A DNA stretch of 64,000 bases. Source: Octopus sinensis (lineage: Eukaryota). A program made the translations under genes and the position numbers. Location: the NCBI RefSeq assembly GCF_006345805.1, contig NC_043016.1, positions 32,488,001 to 32,552,000 on the forward strand. Direction: 5' to 3'. This document shows, in pieces, positions 1 through 14,336 of this stretch (the first letter of the stretch is position 1; each line of letters opens with the position of its first letter). The notes under the pieces are model-generated. The model searched no databases, was not told the origin of the DNA, and worked only from the letters and a program-made list of their open reading frames with translations.

Positions 1-1880
1 GAAGTGGGGTCAATTTGCTCAATTGACATGCGAAGCTAAGAAGCAGTCGATTGACATTATAGGCATACAGGAACATAGATGGAAAGGGCCAGAAGACTTT
101 AACACTAAGAACGCTCAAGACAGAACATGGGTGTTGTGTTATTCTAATGCAGATGCAAGAAGTAATGGTGGAGTTGGAATTCTTGTCCATAAGCACTTTT
201 ATAAGTTTATATCATCAGTTAAAAACCATGTTGGTTGAATTATTCAGGCAACTATCCAATGAAATCCATGACTGCAAATATCTGCAGGTTATGCGCCAAC
301 AGAAATTGCATATGATGAAGATAAAGACCGATTCTATGACCAGCTTACAAAAGCATGCAAAACTTGCCCTAAGTATGACATAATAGTCTTCTTTGGAGAT
401 ATTAATGCACAAATTGGCCACAATAGTCAAGGCATAGCAGTCAGAAATATACATATCATGAAGTCTCAAATGATGATGGAAGTAAATGTGCTAAATTCTG
501 TTCATGCAGCAATCTAAAAGATTTGCAATCCCATTTCAAGCACAAGAATGACAGAAAGTGGTGCTGGATGCATCCCAGTGAGTATAAAAGGGAGTTGAAC
601 CATATTGCTGTGACAGAGAAGTGGATGGACTCATTCACTAACTGCTGTGCCTATTCAAAAGTGGAACTAAATTCTGACCATAAAATTGTTTCCTGCCACT
701 TCCAATTGGAATTTAGTTGACGAGCACTGGAATTCAAGAAGCATACGACATTCAACTGGATGATACTGCCAAATGACAATGAGAAAAGGACAAATTTCCA
801 AACCAAATTAAACTCTGCCCTCACTGAGAATCTCAGTAGCAATAATGGCATAAGCACTGACGAAATGAACAATGTTTTAATATCAACCATTACAAAAACC
901 GCAGAGGAAACAATTGGCAAGCGGAATCCTAATAGTAAAAACTCACCATGGGCTTCAGAGGTTGCATTGGAACTGATAGATAATTGCCATAATTTGTAAA
1001 TGAAATACCTCAAACAGAATGAATCTCATAGAAATGTCATCAATGCCAACCATTTACTCTTTTACTTGTTTCAGTCATTTGACTGTGGCCATGCTGGAGC
1101 ACCGCCTTTAGTCAAGTGAATCGACCCCAGGACTTATTCTTTGTAAGCCTAGTACTTATTCTATCAGTCTCTTTTGCTGTACTGCTAAGATATGGGGATG
1201 TAAACACACCAGCATTGGTTGTCAAGTGATATTGGAGGGACAAACATAGACACACAAACATGCACACGCACTCATGCATATATATATACATATATACAAC
1301 AGGCTTCTTCCAGTTTCCGTCTACCAAATCCACTCACAAGGCTTTGGTCGACCCAAGGCTATAGTAGAATGCACTTGCCCAAGGTGCCGTGCAGTGGGAC
1401 TGAACCCGGAACCATGTGGTTGGTAAGCAAGCTACTTACCACACAACCACTCCTGCACCTTACAAGCAAAACAGAGAATGATGCATGCTAAGCATCTGCA
1501 AGAAAATTGGATCCTTTGATTATGACCTGCTGACACAAAGAGGCTTACAGAGTGATAAGAATGCTGAGGAAAAGAATCCAACAGCAAGGTATTCAACAAA
1601 TTTGCAATGAGCATGTTAGGGAATGCAAGCTGAAAAGTTATCACGCAGTAACTCAGGGTTCAACAATGCACACAAAGTGTCCACTGAAAATTTCAAGATG
1701 TCTGAACTGCTTGTTGTACTCAAGGAGGCATCAAATGGCAAAGCAGCTGGTACAAAATTCAGTCTTGTAAACAAATCACTCAAATATGGGGGAAAAACAC
1801 CTCAAGCAGCATTCATCAACACATGCAACAAGGTTCTCTTAACAAGTGTGCCTCCTAGTGAATGGAGGTCATCAATCAAG
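1..1880 (+). mobile_element. Degraded RTE-like LINE fragment (APE endonuclease to pre-RT), interrupted by a SINE at 1055-1460
   Basis: Frameshifted pieces DIIGIQEHRW, GGVGILV, VYAP, GDINAQIG, SDHKIV, then GKAAG..LKYGG..VPPSEW. Confidence 0.8.
1055..1460 (-). mobile_element. tRNA-derived SINE family A with a central microsatellite; other copies or halves at 4180-4638, 32250-32640, 51447-52090 and more than 10 further sites
   Basis: Head with A box TGG(C/T)TGTGTGG and B box GGTTCAGTCCC; conserved tail gactgaaacaagtaaaagagta. Confidence 0.85.
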
Positions 1881-2312
1881 GTACCACCATCTGTTCAAAG
1901 CTACGGTTACACACAGCAGCCATTGAAACCTGAAGAAACAAGACCCCTTTCATCAGTTTTTTCTGGGTGTTTGGTCTTGAAAACCTTTTGTAACTGCCTC
2001 AGCAAGTTGGCCTTTTGCATCCCAAAAAAACTGAGGCCGTCACCTTCCCTGCAGATGAAGCGACCTTGGCTTTCTTTGGAGCAGATAAGGAGGGGTGTTT
2101 CCACAGCATGGATTGTCTCCTTCTCTCTGGCTCAAACTGATGAACCCTACACTCATCCTGGCTTAGGAAACGCTCAAGGAAACCAGCTTTGACAGTCAGC
2201 TAGACAGAAACGATACAGTTATTAATAAGAAAGATTGAAATTAATGTATGGAAGATTTCACAGCACTAGCATCATCCCTTCATTGTCAGCCTACGAACTT
2301 TTCAGCCGATCC

Positions 2313-2351
<39 letters not shown>

Positions 2352-3019
2352 TGTGTGTATGTGTGTGTGTGTATGTGTGTGTGTGTGTGTGTGTGTGCAT
2401 GTGTGTGTGTGCGTGCGTGCATGTGTGCGTGTGTGCATGTGTGTGTGTGCGTGCATGCATGTGTGTGTGATGTAAAAAGCACTCAGTCCACTCTGTCGGG
2501 TGGTTGGTGTCAGGAAGAGCATCCAGTTGAAAGATCCCTGCCAAAACAGACACAGTGGCCTGGGGTAGTCTTCTACCTGGCTCTTGTCAACTGCCCTACT
2601 CATGCATGCATGGAAGACAGATGTTTATTTATGATGATGGTGATGGTTATATGTATGTATGTATGTAATATACATACATACATAGACAGATGTATGTGTG
2701 TGTGTGTGTGTGTGTATCTTTGAACTTGCATTTATTTGTCCCTCAGCATCACTTGACAGTTAGTGTTGGTTTATTTATGTCCCTGTAACTTAGTGGTTTA
2801 GCAAAAAGAGATTGACAGAATAAGCATCAGGCTTTAAAAAGAAAATGAAATAAAAGCAAGTTTTGGGGTTGATTTGTTTAAGTAAACCTTTAAAAGGTTG
2901 TACTCCAGCATGGCCACAGTCCAATGATGGAAAGAAGTAAAAGATAAAAGATAAAGATTGGTCATGATTGATTTTAAAAATCCATTGATTTTCTTAATCA
3001 GGGCAGCTTTGGAGCTATA

Positions 3020-3720
3020 TACAACCACCAACAACATCAACAACAGCAGCAGCAGCAGCAGCAGCAGCAATAATGAAAACAACAGCTGCAACAACAACAG
3101 CAGCAGCAGCAAAAACAACAACAGCAAAAACAACAGCAACAACAACAACAGCAGCAGCAGCAAAAACAACAACAGCAAAAACAACAGCAACAACAACAAC
3201 AGCAGCAGCAGCAAAAACAACAACAGCAGCAGCAATAGCAACAACAACAACAGCAACAACAACAGCAACTACAACAGCAACTACAACAGCAGCAAAAACA
3301 GCAACAGCAGCAACAACAACAGCAATAGCAACAGCAGCAAAAACAACAACAACAACAACAGCAGCAACAACAACAGCAATAGCAACAGCAGCAAAAACAA
3401 CAACAACAACAGCAGCAACAGCAGCAACAACAACAGCAACAGCAGCAATAGCAACAACAGCAGCAACAACAACAACAGCAGCGGCAGCAAAAACAACAAC
3501 AACAGCAGCAGTAACAACAACAACAGCAGCAGCAGCAAAAACAACAACAGCAGCAACGACAGCAGCAGCAGCAGCAACAACAACAGCAAAAACAACAACA
3601 ACAGCAGCAACAGCAGCAACAACAACAACAGCAACAATGACAGCAAAAACAAAATCAACTACAGCAGCAACAACAACTAAAACTATTACAACAACAACAA
3701 CAACACCAGCATCAACAACA
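3020..3720. repeat. Compound (CAA/CAG)n low-complexity tract
   Basis: Directly visible; it produces the poly-N/S/T/L ORFs in the track. Confidence 0.95.
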
Positions 3721-4394
3721 TTCCTGAGTGTAAAAGCTACTGAATGTTTAGAGCAAGGGATTGATGGAATTCTTATAGAGTGCAGATCCCATCTTGACCA
3801 ATGAGAAATAATTGGTATTCCTATCATTTCTCTCTTCAATGGCAGCGTGAGTGGTCGGAAGGAGTTAACAAACCTTAATTGTTGTTATTGCTGCTGCTGC
3901 TGCTGATGATGTTGTTGTTGTCGTTGGTGTTATTTATGTTGTTTAAGCCTGGAGCTAAACTATATCTGTAGCATTATTCTGTCACATGACCTGCTGTCTT
4001 GACCAATGAGAATCAGCTTCATGGCTGTTCTCTGCCAATACATCTCTTCTTTCATTGAGTATTAAACCTGAACAAGTTTCCATTAGTAATGCCTAAATAT
4101 GCAGGAAACTTTGAGTTGAAAAAAATAGAAAGAGTTGTCGACATTGTGTGTGTGTGTGTCTCTCTCTCTCTCTCTTTTTTACTCTTTTACTTGTTTCAGT
4201 CATTTGACTGTGGCCATGCTGGAGCACTGCCTTTAGTCGACCAAATCGCCCCCAGGACTTATTCTTTGCAAGCCTAGTACTTATTCTATTGGTCACTTTT
4301 GCCGAACCGCTAAGTTACGGGGACATAAACACATCAGCATAGGTTGTCAAGCGATATTGGGGGGAGGACAAACACAGACACACAAACATATACA

Positions 4395-4457
<63 letters not shown>

Positions 4458-4904
4458 TACACACACATATATATGACGGGTTTCTTTCAGTTTCCATGTA
4501 CCAAATCCACTCACAAGGCTTTGGTCAGCCCGGGGATATAGTAGAGGACACTTGCCCAAGGTTCCACACAGTGAAACTGAACCCAGAACCATGTAGCTGG
4601 TAAGCAAGCTACTTACCACACAGCCACTCCTATGCCTATATATATGTTTTGTATACATTCGAGGCTTTCTTCCAAGGAATCTAATGCGCTTGGCTTAGAT
4701 TTTCCTTTGGGGCTGGCCAGATCGGAGCAATCTCAAGATTAATCAGTCGAAATTGCGAAGATGATCCGGTTCTTGACTGAAGATTGAAGGCTTTGAATGT
4801 CCCGTCTGTGTTTTTTGTATCATCTTCTAAATGTTTCACGTTCTTAGCGACCGAGACCTTTGGAAATATTCTGTACATGAGAAGACCAGGCAGGACAAGT
4901 GAGC

Positions 4905-5725
4905 CCAGCCCACTTATGAATGCCTTTCCTCCCTTGGACACAAAGACCTGTTGAGGCAAGCGAAGTCGATATAGAACCTCATCCGACGACAGACACCCAT
5001 GCCAACCCCCCATGCTTGCGAAGACATGTTGGGGCAAGCGAAATCGAAATCGAAACCGAATTGAACCAGCCAGGATTCCTGGCCTGGTGGTACGTAAAAA
5101 GCACTATCCGACTTGTGGCCGTGGCACATAAAATACTCCAATGCGACCGTACGACAGGCACCCATGCCAACCCCCTTTGCTTGTGAAGACATGTTGGGGC
5201 AAGCGAAATCGAAATCGAATTGAACCAGCCAGGATCCCTGGTCTGGTGGTACGTAAAAAGCACTATCCGACTCATGGCCGTGGCACGTAAAATACTCCAA
5301 TGCAACCATACGACAGGCACCCATGCCAACCCCCTTTGCATGTAAAGACATGTTGGGGCAAGCGAAATCGAAATCGAATTGAACCAGCCAGGATCCCTGG
5401 TCTGGTGGTACGTAAAAAGCACTATCCGACTCGTGGCCGATGCCAGCACCGCCTCGACTGGCTTCCGTGCCGGTGGCACATAAAATACACCAATCTGACC
5501 GTGGCCGTTGCCAGCCTCGCCTGGCACCTGTGCAGGTGGCACGTAATAAGCACCCACTACACTCACGGAGTGGTTGGCGTTAGGAAGGGCATCCAGCTGT
5601 AGAAACATTGCCAGATTAGACTGGAGCCTGGTGCAGCCTTCTGGCTCCCCAGAACCCCGGTCGAACCGTCCAACCTATGCTAGCATGGAGAACGGACGTT
5701 AAACGATGATGATGATGATGATGAT
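4905..5725 (+). mobile_element. RTE-3'-UTR-like element with three internal repeats of about 160 bp; related copies at 45290-45700, 53035-53490, 56490-56915, 61060-61350
   Basis: Ends ggagtggttggcgttaggaagggcatccagctgtagaaac...catgctagcatggagaacggacgttaaacgatgatgatg, matching the 3' end of the 35538 LINE. Confidence 0.75.
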
Positions 5726-6734
5726 ATATAACTTGGTGCCGCTCTCTAGCTTTCCAGTTTTGGTCAAACTGTCCAACCCATGCCAGTATGGAAAGTGGAT
5801 GTTAAATAATGATGATGATGTTGATTATTACCTCCACCTTAGTAAGGGCAGAAGTATTGTTTTCAGTTGTGTTTGTTTGTTTGTCTGTGGACAAGATATC
5901 TCAAGAACTGCTTGATTAATTCAGCTGAAACATTAGAATTCAACTCATTCTTCAAGCAGATTCATCATCCAGCTTCAGTCCATCAAAACAACCTGTCTTC
6001 AGTAGCAATAACTTTACTTTGATTACTATTGCTATCTTTAACATTGATTTCAAATTTTGGCACAATGCCAGCAATTTCATGGTGATGGTGGTGGTGGTGG
6101 TGGTGGTGGTGGTAGGTCGATTACATCGACCCCTCCCCCCACCGCACTGCTCAACTGGTACTTTATTTTATTCACCCAGAAAGAATGAAAGGCAAAGTCA
6201 ACCTTGGCAGTATTCGAACTCAGACTGTAGAGACAGACATTGTTTGTTCCTTCTCAAGCCATGCCTGGCTCATAGGGCTGGTTTCCTGGCTTCCTTGGAG
6301 TATAGGTTCCCCACCTGGACAGGATACCAGTCCGTTGCAGGTGAGCTGCAAGATGCAGGAGGAAAGAGTGAGAGAAAGTTGTGGCGAAAGAGTCAGCAGA
6401 AGTTTGCCATTACTTTCTGCCGGAGCCACGTGGAGCTTAGATGTTTCGCTCATAAACACACACATCACCCGGACTGAGATTCAAACCTGTGATCCCTCGA
6501 CTGTGAGACCGCTGCTCTAACCACTAGGCTATGTGCCTCCACAGAAACAGACATACTACCACTAAAGCATTTCTCTTGCCATGCTAATGATTCGGCCAAC
6601 TTGCCAATAATAATAAGCCTTTCTATTATAGGCATAATCTTGAAATTTTGGGGAAGGAGGTCAGTCAATTACATCAACCCCAGTGTTCAACTGGTACTTA
6701 TTTTATCAACCCTGAAGGGATGAACGGTAAATTC

Positions 6735-7287
6735 TGCCTCAGTGATGCAGTACCAGGCAGTGACTCCCATGACTTCTTAAATGGTTGGAAGTGTTATCAT
6801 GCACATTGTTTTGTCTTGGTATAAAAGATGGGCTACAGCAAATATTCTGCTCCATACCACAGATTTGCTTGTTAGTTGTTTGACCTTAACCAGTTGAGCA
6901 TGTCCCTTAGTGGCTGACGATATGTGCATCTCTGATCATGAGCAGAAGTAGCAGGGGAGCATCATAGCCATGTGTTGAGAGGGATTCTTTGGGGTTTGGA
7001 TAATTCACTTCTGGAAACAGGGTTGTTTTGTTCAACATCCTTAAACAACCCTTATTCAGTGACCTTTTGAGCGGGATGGGTTACTCGACTAGAAGAAAAT
7101 TCTAACTGGGCCCCACCTGTGAGGTCATGTGCTGTTTATCTTGATATGAGATCACCATGGCACACACATATGGTTGTGATGCATGTGCCTGGTGTGCCTT
7201 TATCAGATGGGTAGTCATGATGGGTATATTGGGCTTCGTATATTTTACCCCAGTGTCACTTTGATGGCATGCACTGCTCTCTTACTC

Positions 7288-7290
<3 letters not shown>
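6735..7290 (+). mobile_element. Non-coding interspersed element of about 560 bp bounded by (AAT)n; copies at 22831-23388(-), 29805-30298, 30317-30843 and truncated at 23817-24145 and 24586-24915
   Basis: High pairwise similarity from ctgatgcagtaccaggcagtgg to gcactgctctctcactcaataat. Confidence 0.8.
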
Positions 7291-7320
<30 letters not shown>

Positions 7321-7321
<1 letters not shown>

Positions 7322-7737
7322 GAGCATCAAAGGCTGGATATAGTAACTTTTAGGAAGGACAAACAAGAGTGCCTAGTTGATGTGGCAGTGCCAGGAGATC
7401 AACATATCATCATGAAAGAAAGAGAAAAAGCTGATAAATATTGAGACTTGAGAACTGAGATCACTAAGATGCCGCAGCTACGAGAGTCAAACATAAAGGT
7501 TATCCCTATTGTCATTGGAGCATTGGGTTCAATACCAATCAATCTGAGGAACGTCTGAAAACCATAGAAATACCCTACAATCTAGGTATATTGCAAAAGT
7601 CAGCATTATTTAGAACTGCAAGCATATTGCGTAAAGTACTGTCTGTCTGAGGTCCTTGTTGTAACTTGACAAACAGTACAAACCCCCGGTAGACACAATA
7701 ACTTCAATCAACAACCTCACAATAATGTGCGACGTTT
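7321..7737 (+). mobile_element. R4/Dong-type RLE-LINE 3' fragment flanked by (AAT)n
   Basis: Reads LDIV..VDVAVPGDQHI..KEREKADKY.DL..IPIVIGALG..LQKSAL..ILRKVLS (restriction-like endonuclease C-terminus), with (AAT)n on both sides. Confidence 0.8.
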
Positions 7738-8609
7738 ATAATAATAATAATGATGATGATGATGATGATGATTTCAAGTTTTTCTACAAGGTTGACAATT
7801 TTGAGGGGATGGGATGAGTCAATTACATCAACCCCAGTGATCAACTGGTACATATATTTTATCAACCCTGAAAGAATAAAAAGTGAAGTCGACCTTGGCA
7901 GAATATGAAGTCAGAATGTGAACGATTCTGCCAGCTTGCTGCCTTAATAATAATAATAATAATATAATAATAATAATAATAATAATAATATAATAATAAT
8001 AATAATAATAATAATCTTTTCTCCTAAGTACTGGCATTTTACTGGTACTTAATTTATCAATCCCAAAAGGATGAAAGGTAAAGTCAACAATTGAACACAG
8101 AACGTAGAGACAGATGAAGCATTTCGCCCGGTGTGCTAACGTTTCTGCCAGATTGCCGCCTTAACTACACAACTAAAAATAGTAGTAGTAGTAGTAGTAA
8201 TAGTAGTAGTAGTAATAATAGTAGTAGTAGTAGTAGTAGTAATAATAGTAGTAGTAGTAGTAGTAACCGCGCTAACAATAACACCAACTTCAGTTAGTAA
8301 TACTGAATGGTTATAGTAACTGTAACAACTACAGAAGTACTATCAACAACATTAATACTAACAGCAACAGGAACAATACATATTAGTATATACATGTTTT
8401 TTTATTTGATTATTTTTGTCCTTTTTTTTTATATTATTTTTTTTTCTTTTTTCACTGAAATGTTATCATTAAAGCTTGTCTAATTGAAAACTTTGTTGTC
8501 GAACTATTGATTCGGGGGAATCAATGGCAAGATGTTTGATCTGTGCAGTCTTTCCTTTGTTTCGCAGATCATTGTGTATTGGGGTAAAAAGCATACAGGG
8601 GTGGAGACA

Positions 8610-9245
8610 GACAGACAGACAGACAGACAGGCAGGCAGACAGACAGATAGATAGATAGGCGGACACACGCGCACATGCATACACATGCACACATGCCCAC
8701 ACACATACACATGCCCGCACACACATGCTTGCACATGTGCATGCACACGCGCACACACATACACACACACACACACACAAGAACACATACACATGCCCAC
8801 ACACAAACACATGCTTGCATGCACACACACACATACACACACAAACACACACACATACACATGCCTACACACAAACAAGCACATGCTTGCATGCATACAC
8901 ACATACACACTCACACATACACATGCCCACACACAAACAAAAACATGCTTGCATGCACACACACACACACTCACACATTCACACACTCACACAAACACAC
9001 ACAATACACATGCCCACAAAACGAACACATGCTTGCATGCACACACACACACTCACACATTCACACACTCACACAAACACACACAATACACATGCCCACA
9101 AAACGAACACATGCTTGCATGCACACACACACACACACTCACACATTCACACACAAACACATGCATGCATGCGGACATGCACATACAGGTACACATACAC
9201 ACACACACACATACACACACACATACACACAAGCACACACAGATG
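8610..9245. repeat. Compound CA-rich microsatellite with higher-order units
   Basis: catgcttgcatgca recurs about every 60-70 bp within (CA)n. Confidence 0.9.
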
Positions 9246-10356
9246 CAGAGTCTGGCAGATAGACATATGATGCAAATATAAATGAAATAAAAATTGAAGA
9301 ACAAATGGAATAAGGAGGTGAAGAAATGCGATAGGGTGAGTATGGGGGTAGAAAAGATAACATAGAAGAAGGGTGGAGAAGAAAAAAAGAAAGAGACAAG
9401 AAAGAAGGAAAATGAAAGTCAGAAAACAAAAAACAAAAAAAAAGGAGGAGAAGGAAAGGGAAAAAGAGAAAGAGAAATATGAAAGAAGGAAGGAAGACAA
9501 TAGGACGGGTAGAAAGAGGTGAAAAGTTAATTGAAAAAAAAAAATAGAAGCATGAAAGCAAATATAGATTAAAAAAGACTACAAATAAATGAAAAAGAAA
9601 AACCAAAAAATAAATGTTTTAAGGAAATAAAACAGTCATGGAAATATAAAATTTTTTGTTTTTTAAAAATCGATAAAAGAGAAGGAAAGAAAGAACAATG
9701 AAGAATATAAAACCCAATAAATATCTATGTTAAAATTCATTTTCCATATTTTTTTTTTGGTGTCTTCTTTTCAAATATTACTAATATCTCCATTTTTTTT
9801 TTTGTTTGTTTTTGTTTTACGTTCAGGACAGAACTGAAGCTACATCCAACAAACATTGTAAACCACATCAAAGGAATACCCATGTGTATGATTTTGCATG
9901 TGTGTGTAAGGTGGGGGTGAACCTTCTTTTTGCTTTACCCAATTATTCTTTCCACCAACCCCCACTAGCCTCTCCTAGAATTGGAGTTTTTTTTCCCCCT
10001 GGCATTCTTACACTGCCAATGGTTTTTTTTTTTTCTTACATTTTAACCTGCAGCGGGCCAAACCTCATTTGCATCAATCTCGCTAATTCTGAGTGAACCT
10101 AAATGAACCTGAAAAATTTAGGTGGACAACCTTATGATAAAGTAATCTTCCTTCTTCAGCAGGTGCAGCTGTGTTGGCAAAGTAGTGGGTTCATGGTAAG
10201 TAGTTTGCTTCCCAGCCACATGGTTCCAGGTCCAGTCCCACTGTGTAGCACCATGGGTAAGTTTCTTCTGCTATAACTAAGGCCTTGTGAGTGGATTTGA
10301 TAGATGGTAACTGAAAAAGCTGGTCATATATATATATACTTATGTATATATATATT

Positions 10357-10409
<53 letters not shown>

Positions 10410-10430
10410 GTATATATATGTATGTATATA

Positions 10431-10464
<34 letters not shown>

Positions 10465-12361
10465 TTGAACCCACAAGGGTAAACAAGAGAGATAGAGACA
10501 GGCAGAAACAAGGAAAATGCCCCTTGTATTTGAATACTATGCAAATATTCTTTTAAAAACTTTTTTGTTTTAATTTTTCCAAAATTTAATTGTTTTCTAT
10601 ACTTACAGTCAAAAGAGTTTCAATGACTGAAACCGGTACTGAAATGTTTTTTTATAAAGTTATTTTAGCATTTTCTACCTTGACTTTTTTTTTGCATACT
10701 TATATAGTAATTTTTTGCTAGTTTTGTTTTGTCTTTTTGTCTTCTCTCCTTGTGCTGTATGAACATTTAAGGTGGTTTTAGAGTCAGATTCTGGCTGCTA
10801 TTTTCAGCATGGCGGTATCTCGTAGATACCCTAAATTATAATTTTAATAATAATTATTACCTTTGAAGGTTTTTATTTCTATGCTGGCCACTTGATAAGA
10901 TCGTTATGTAATTTAAATTAACGATCTTATCCTTATATATATATATGTATGTGTATGTATGTTTTTATGTATTTATGTGTCATCTATTTTTTAATTATTA
11001 TAAATCTTCCATTAAGGAGGGAGCCGGTTTCCAACAAAGATACAAGGCTCCATCTTTGGGATGTAGTTAACACAGACATATTTACATTTGGAACTTGAGA
11101 AAAGTCTTGCATAATTTTACTGTTCCACTTACAGATTTAATATATGTATGTGTGTATGTATGAATGAACATATATATCTATCTGTGTGTGCCTTTGTGTC
11201 TGTGTTTGTTCCCCACCCTTGCTTGACAACCGGTGCTGGTGTGTTTATATCCCCGTAACTTAGCAGTCCAGCAAAAGAGACCAATAGAATAAGTACTAAG
11301 CTTGGGAAAATTAATAAAGCCTGGAGTCAGATTGTTCAGCTAAAACATTTCCAGGTGATGCTCCAGCACAGATACAATCAAATGACTGAAACAAGTAAAA
11401 GATAACCCAGGAAAGATGAAAGGCAAAGTCAACCTCACTGCAATTTGAACTCAGAACATAACAACCACTAAGCACGTTCCTAGATGAGCCAATAACTTTG
11501 CCTGCTTGCTGCCTTCACACATCACCCAGACTCACTAATATAAAAACAAATTTGTTATTGAAAGTTATAATTTTAAATTTCACTAACATGGGTACATTCA
11601 TAACAAGTTACAATAAGGTCAGACAAAATGCTTGAATGTCATTTCTTCAGCGCTCTGCATTCTGAGTTCAAATTCCATTGAGATTAACTTAATCTTTTCT
11701 CCTTTCAGAGTCAATAAAATAAGTTCCAGTTGAGCACTGTGGTCAATGTGATCAACTAGCCCCTTTACTTTAAATTTCAAATCTAGGAACATAAACTGTG
11801 ACTAAGGTTTGGTAGAATATTTTAATCAGAACTTTTGAAAACAAGTCATTTGTACTACAGAGCCAGAGGTGGTTTCAACAGAGTTGGTATCAAAAGGGTT
11901 AAGTTGGTGAGCTGGAAGAACCCTTAGCATGCCAGACATCTTTACACTCTGAGTTCAAATACTACTTTGCCTTTCATCCTTTTGGGGTTGATAAAATAAT
12001 ATCAGTTGAGCTCTGGGATTGATGTAATCACCTTACCTTTCTATCCTGAAATTGCTGGCTTTGTGTCTAAATTTGAAATCATTAGGAGTAGCATTAAATA
12101 TGAGAAAAAAAAATAACTAAAATCTGTTTCCTTGAATTAAAACTTTTCTGTTAAAATATCATAATTTTAAATTCATAAAAGAAAAAGTAATTTTGAATTC
12201 TCCATATCAGGCATGGCTGTGAGGTAAGAAGTTTGCCTCCTAACCACTTGATTCTGGGTTCAGTCCCACTGTGTGACACCTTGGGCAAATATCTTGGACC
12301 AACCAAAGCTTTGTGAGTGGATCTGGGGATGGTAAACTAAAATAAACCTGTTGAATATATA

Positions 12362-12776
12362 CAGGTGTGATAGGTAAAATGTTGGCATATTTTTAATGAC
12401 ACATATGTGCATTGTTTGTTTTTGTAGGGTGAGTTGGTCACCTGATTCCCCAGACTGCAACCCCCTTGATTATTATGTGTGATGCACAGTTGAGCAAGAG
12501 ACCAACAACTCCATGTAACACCAAAGATGAGCTGAAGGCAAGAATTATGGTAGCATCCACAAACTTCAACAAGGAGACCATCTAGAATTGCAGGAGATTC
12601 TGAAGTCATATGGAGGCTGTAGTTGAAGCCAATGGCGATTTTATTGTATAAATTTACTCTTTAGATATTTACTCAAGATATTTTTATGCAATTTTGGTAA
12701 ATATATGTTAAAATGAGATATCAGTGTTATCTTCATTTTTGCGTAATTTAGATGACAATATATTCATTGCACCCTG
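12362..12776 (+). mobile_element. Internally deleted Tc1/mariner (maT-like) element
   Basis: TA-flanked CAGG(G)TG termini. Interior encodes WSPDSPDCNPLDYYV..TKDELKARI..EAVVEANGDF with stops and a frameshift. Confidence 0.75.
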
Positions 12777-14294
12777 TATGTATGTATGTATGTATGTGTG
12801 TGTGTATATATATATGTATATATATTAATTGAAATATATATATCCCTTATGGATGATCCTACTGATAAGTTTCACACTAGAGGTTCAACATAGTGTTGGG
12901 TAATAGTCTGATTATATAACCCTGCACTTTTCAGAGATGGCAATTATGGAATGAAATTTTTTGAGTGTACATGAGTGTGTGTAATTTGAGTCTGTGTTTG
13001 TCCCCCCACCACTGCTTCACAATTGATGGTGGTGTGTTCACATCCCCGTAACTTAGCAGTTCGGTAAAAGATACTGATAGAATAAATACTGGGCTTTACA
13101 AAAAAATAATAAGTACTAGGAGTCCATTCATTCAACTAAAATTCTTGAAGGCAATGCCCCAGTATGGCCACAGTCTAATGACTGAAGCAAATAAAAGAGG
13201 TAAGATATCAGATGAAAATACAGCATATTCAAAGTTGTGTTATTTCAAGTTAGTGAGATACTTGCATTTGATATTTATTACAAATAATTTTAATTACTGG
13301 TACTCTAACATAGCTTCAGTATTATGGCTGCTTGCTTTGTGATATCATGTTGGTTTCTTTTAATTCACAAACTAAAGTAAGTAAGCAATTCGCATGCTAA
13401 ACTAGTTTCCACTAATTATGCTCTGTAACAGTAGCTCTCTCATCAAACCAGCTGAATTTGATCAGTTAAATTTGTTTTAATCACAAAGCTACATATTATT
13501 TTCTTTTGTTTTTAATTTTACATCGATCTCACATTTGGTATTTCAAGCTGTTCTTCTGGAGATTCCATGCCCACTTTACACAAAAGGTATGTGGCTCAGT
13601 CGTTAGGATATTAAGCTTGCAGTCATAAGGTCTTGATTTCAATTCCCGGCGGCGTGGTGTGTCCTTGAGCAGGACGCTTTATTTCACATTGCTCCAGTTC
13701 ACTCAGCTGGCAAAAATGAATTGTACCTGTATTTCAAAGGGCCAGCCTTGTCACATTCTGTGACCCACTGAATCTCCTTGCGAAATACATTAAGGGGACA
13801 CATAAATGCGGAGTGCTCAGCCACTTGCACACTAATCTTATGAGCAGGCTGTTGTTCTGTTGATTGGGATCAACTGGATCACATGTCACTGATACCAACA
13901 AATTACCAAGCTATACCGATTCACAAGCAATAGTTGAATCAGCCAAAATGAGATCCTTATTTCTTTAAAATCAGAAATTTCATAATCTAAATTCATAGGC
14001 CAGTATTTTTTTAATTTAAAAAATTTTTTTAATTTTTTGTATTTGAAATAGATCTCTCATTTTGTTCATAGTATTCCATTAGCAATAACTGAATTAGCAA
14101 GTCGAGAATCTTATTTCTTTTAAATTAGAAATTTGATTATTAAATAACAGACCAGTATTTTTTAAACGATCCACAATAATTGGCTGAGCATCATCAGATG
14201 CCTCTCAATTTTTTAACCAATATAACTGAGTTATATTGTTAAGTTATGAGGATGTAAACATACCAACATTGGTGATGGGAGACAAACACTAAAA

Positions 14295-14336
<42 letters not shown>

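Noticed and set aside
2130-2190. CTGATGA...TAGGAAACGC hammerhead-like string
   Set aside because: Helix I cannot form and helix III lacks a proper U-H.
2834-3839. Long poly-N/S/T/L/V ORFs (up to 274 aa)
   Set aside because: They are translations of a (CAA/CAG)n tract open in several frames, with no splice or domain evidence.
8469-9281. His/Thr- and Cys/Val-rich ORFs
   Set aside because: Artefacts of (CA)n/(TG)n; the same applies to similar ORFs across the window.
10606-10652. GAAACCGGTA with CAG/CTG flanks
   Set aside because: The CUGANGA core is unrecognisable (TCAAAAGA); at best an old relic. Similar relics near 11010-11060, 21520-21545, 26720-26760 and 33774-33820 were not counted.
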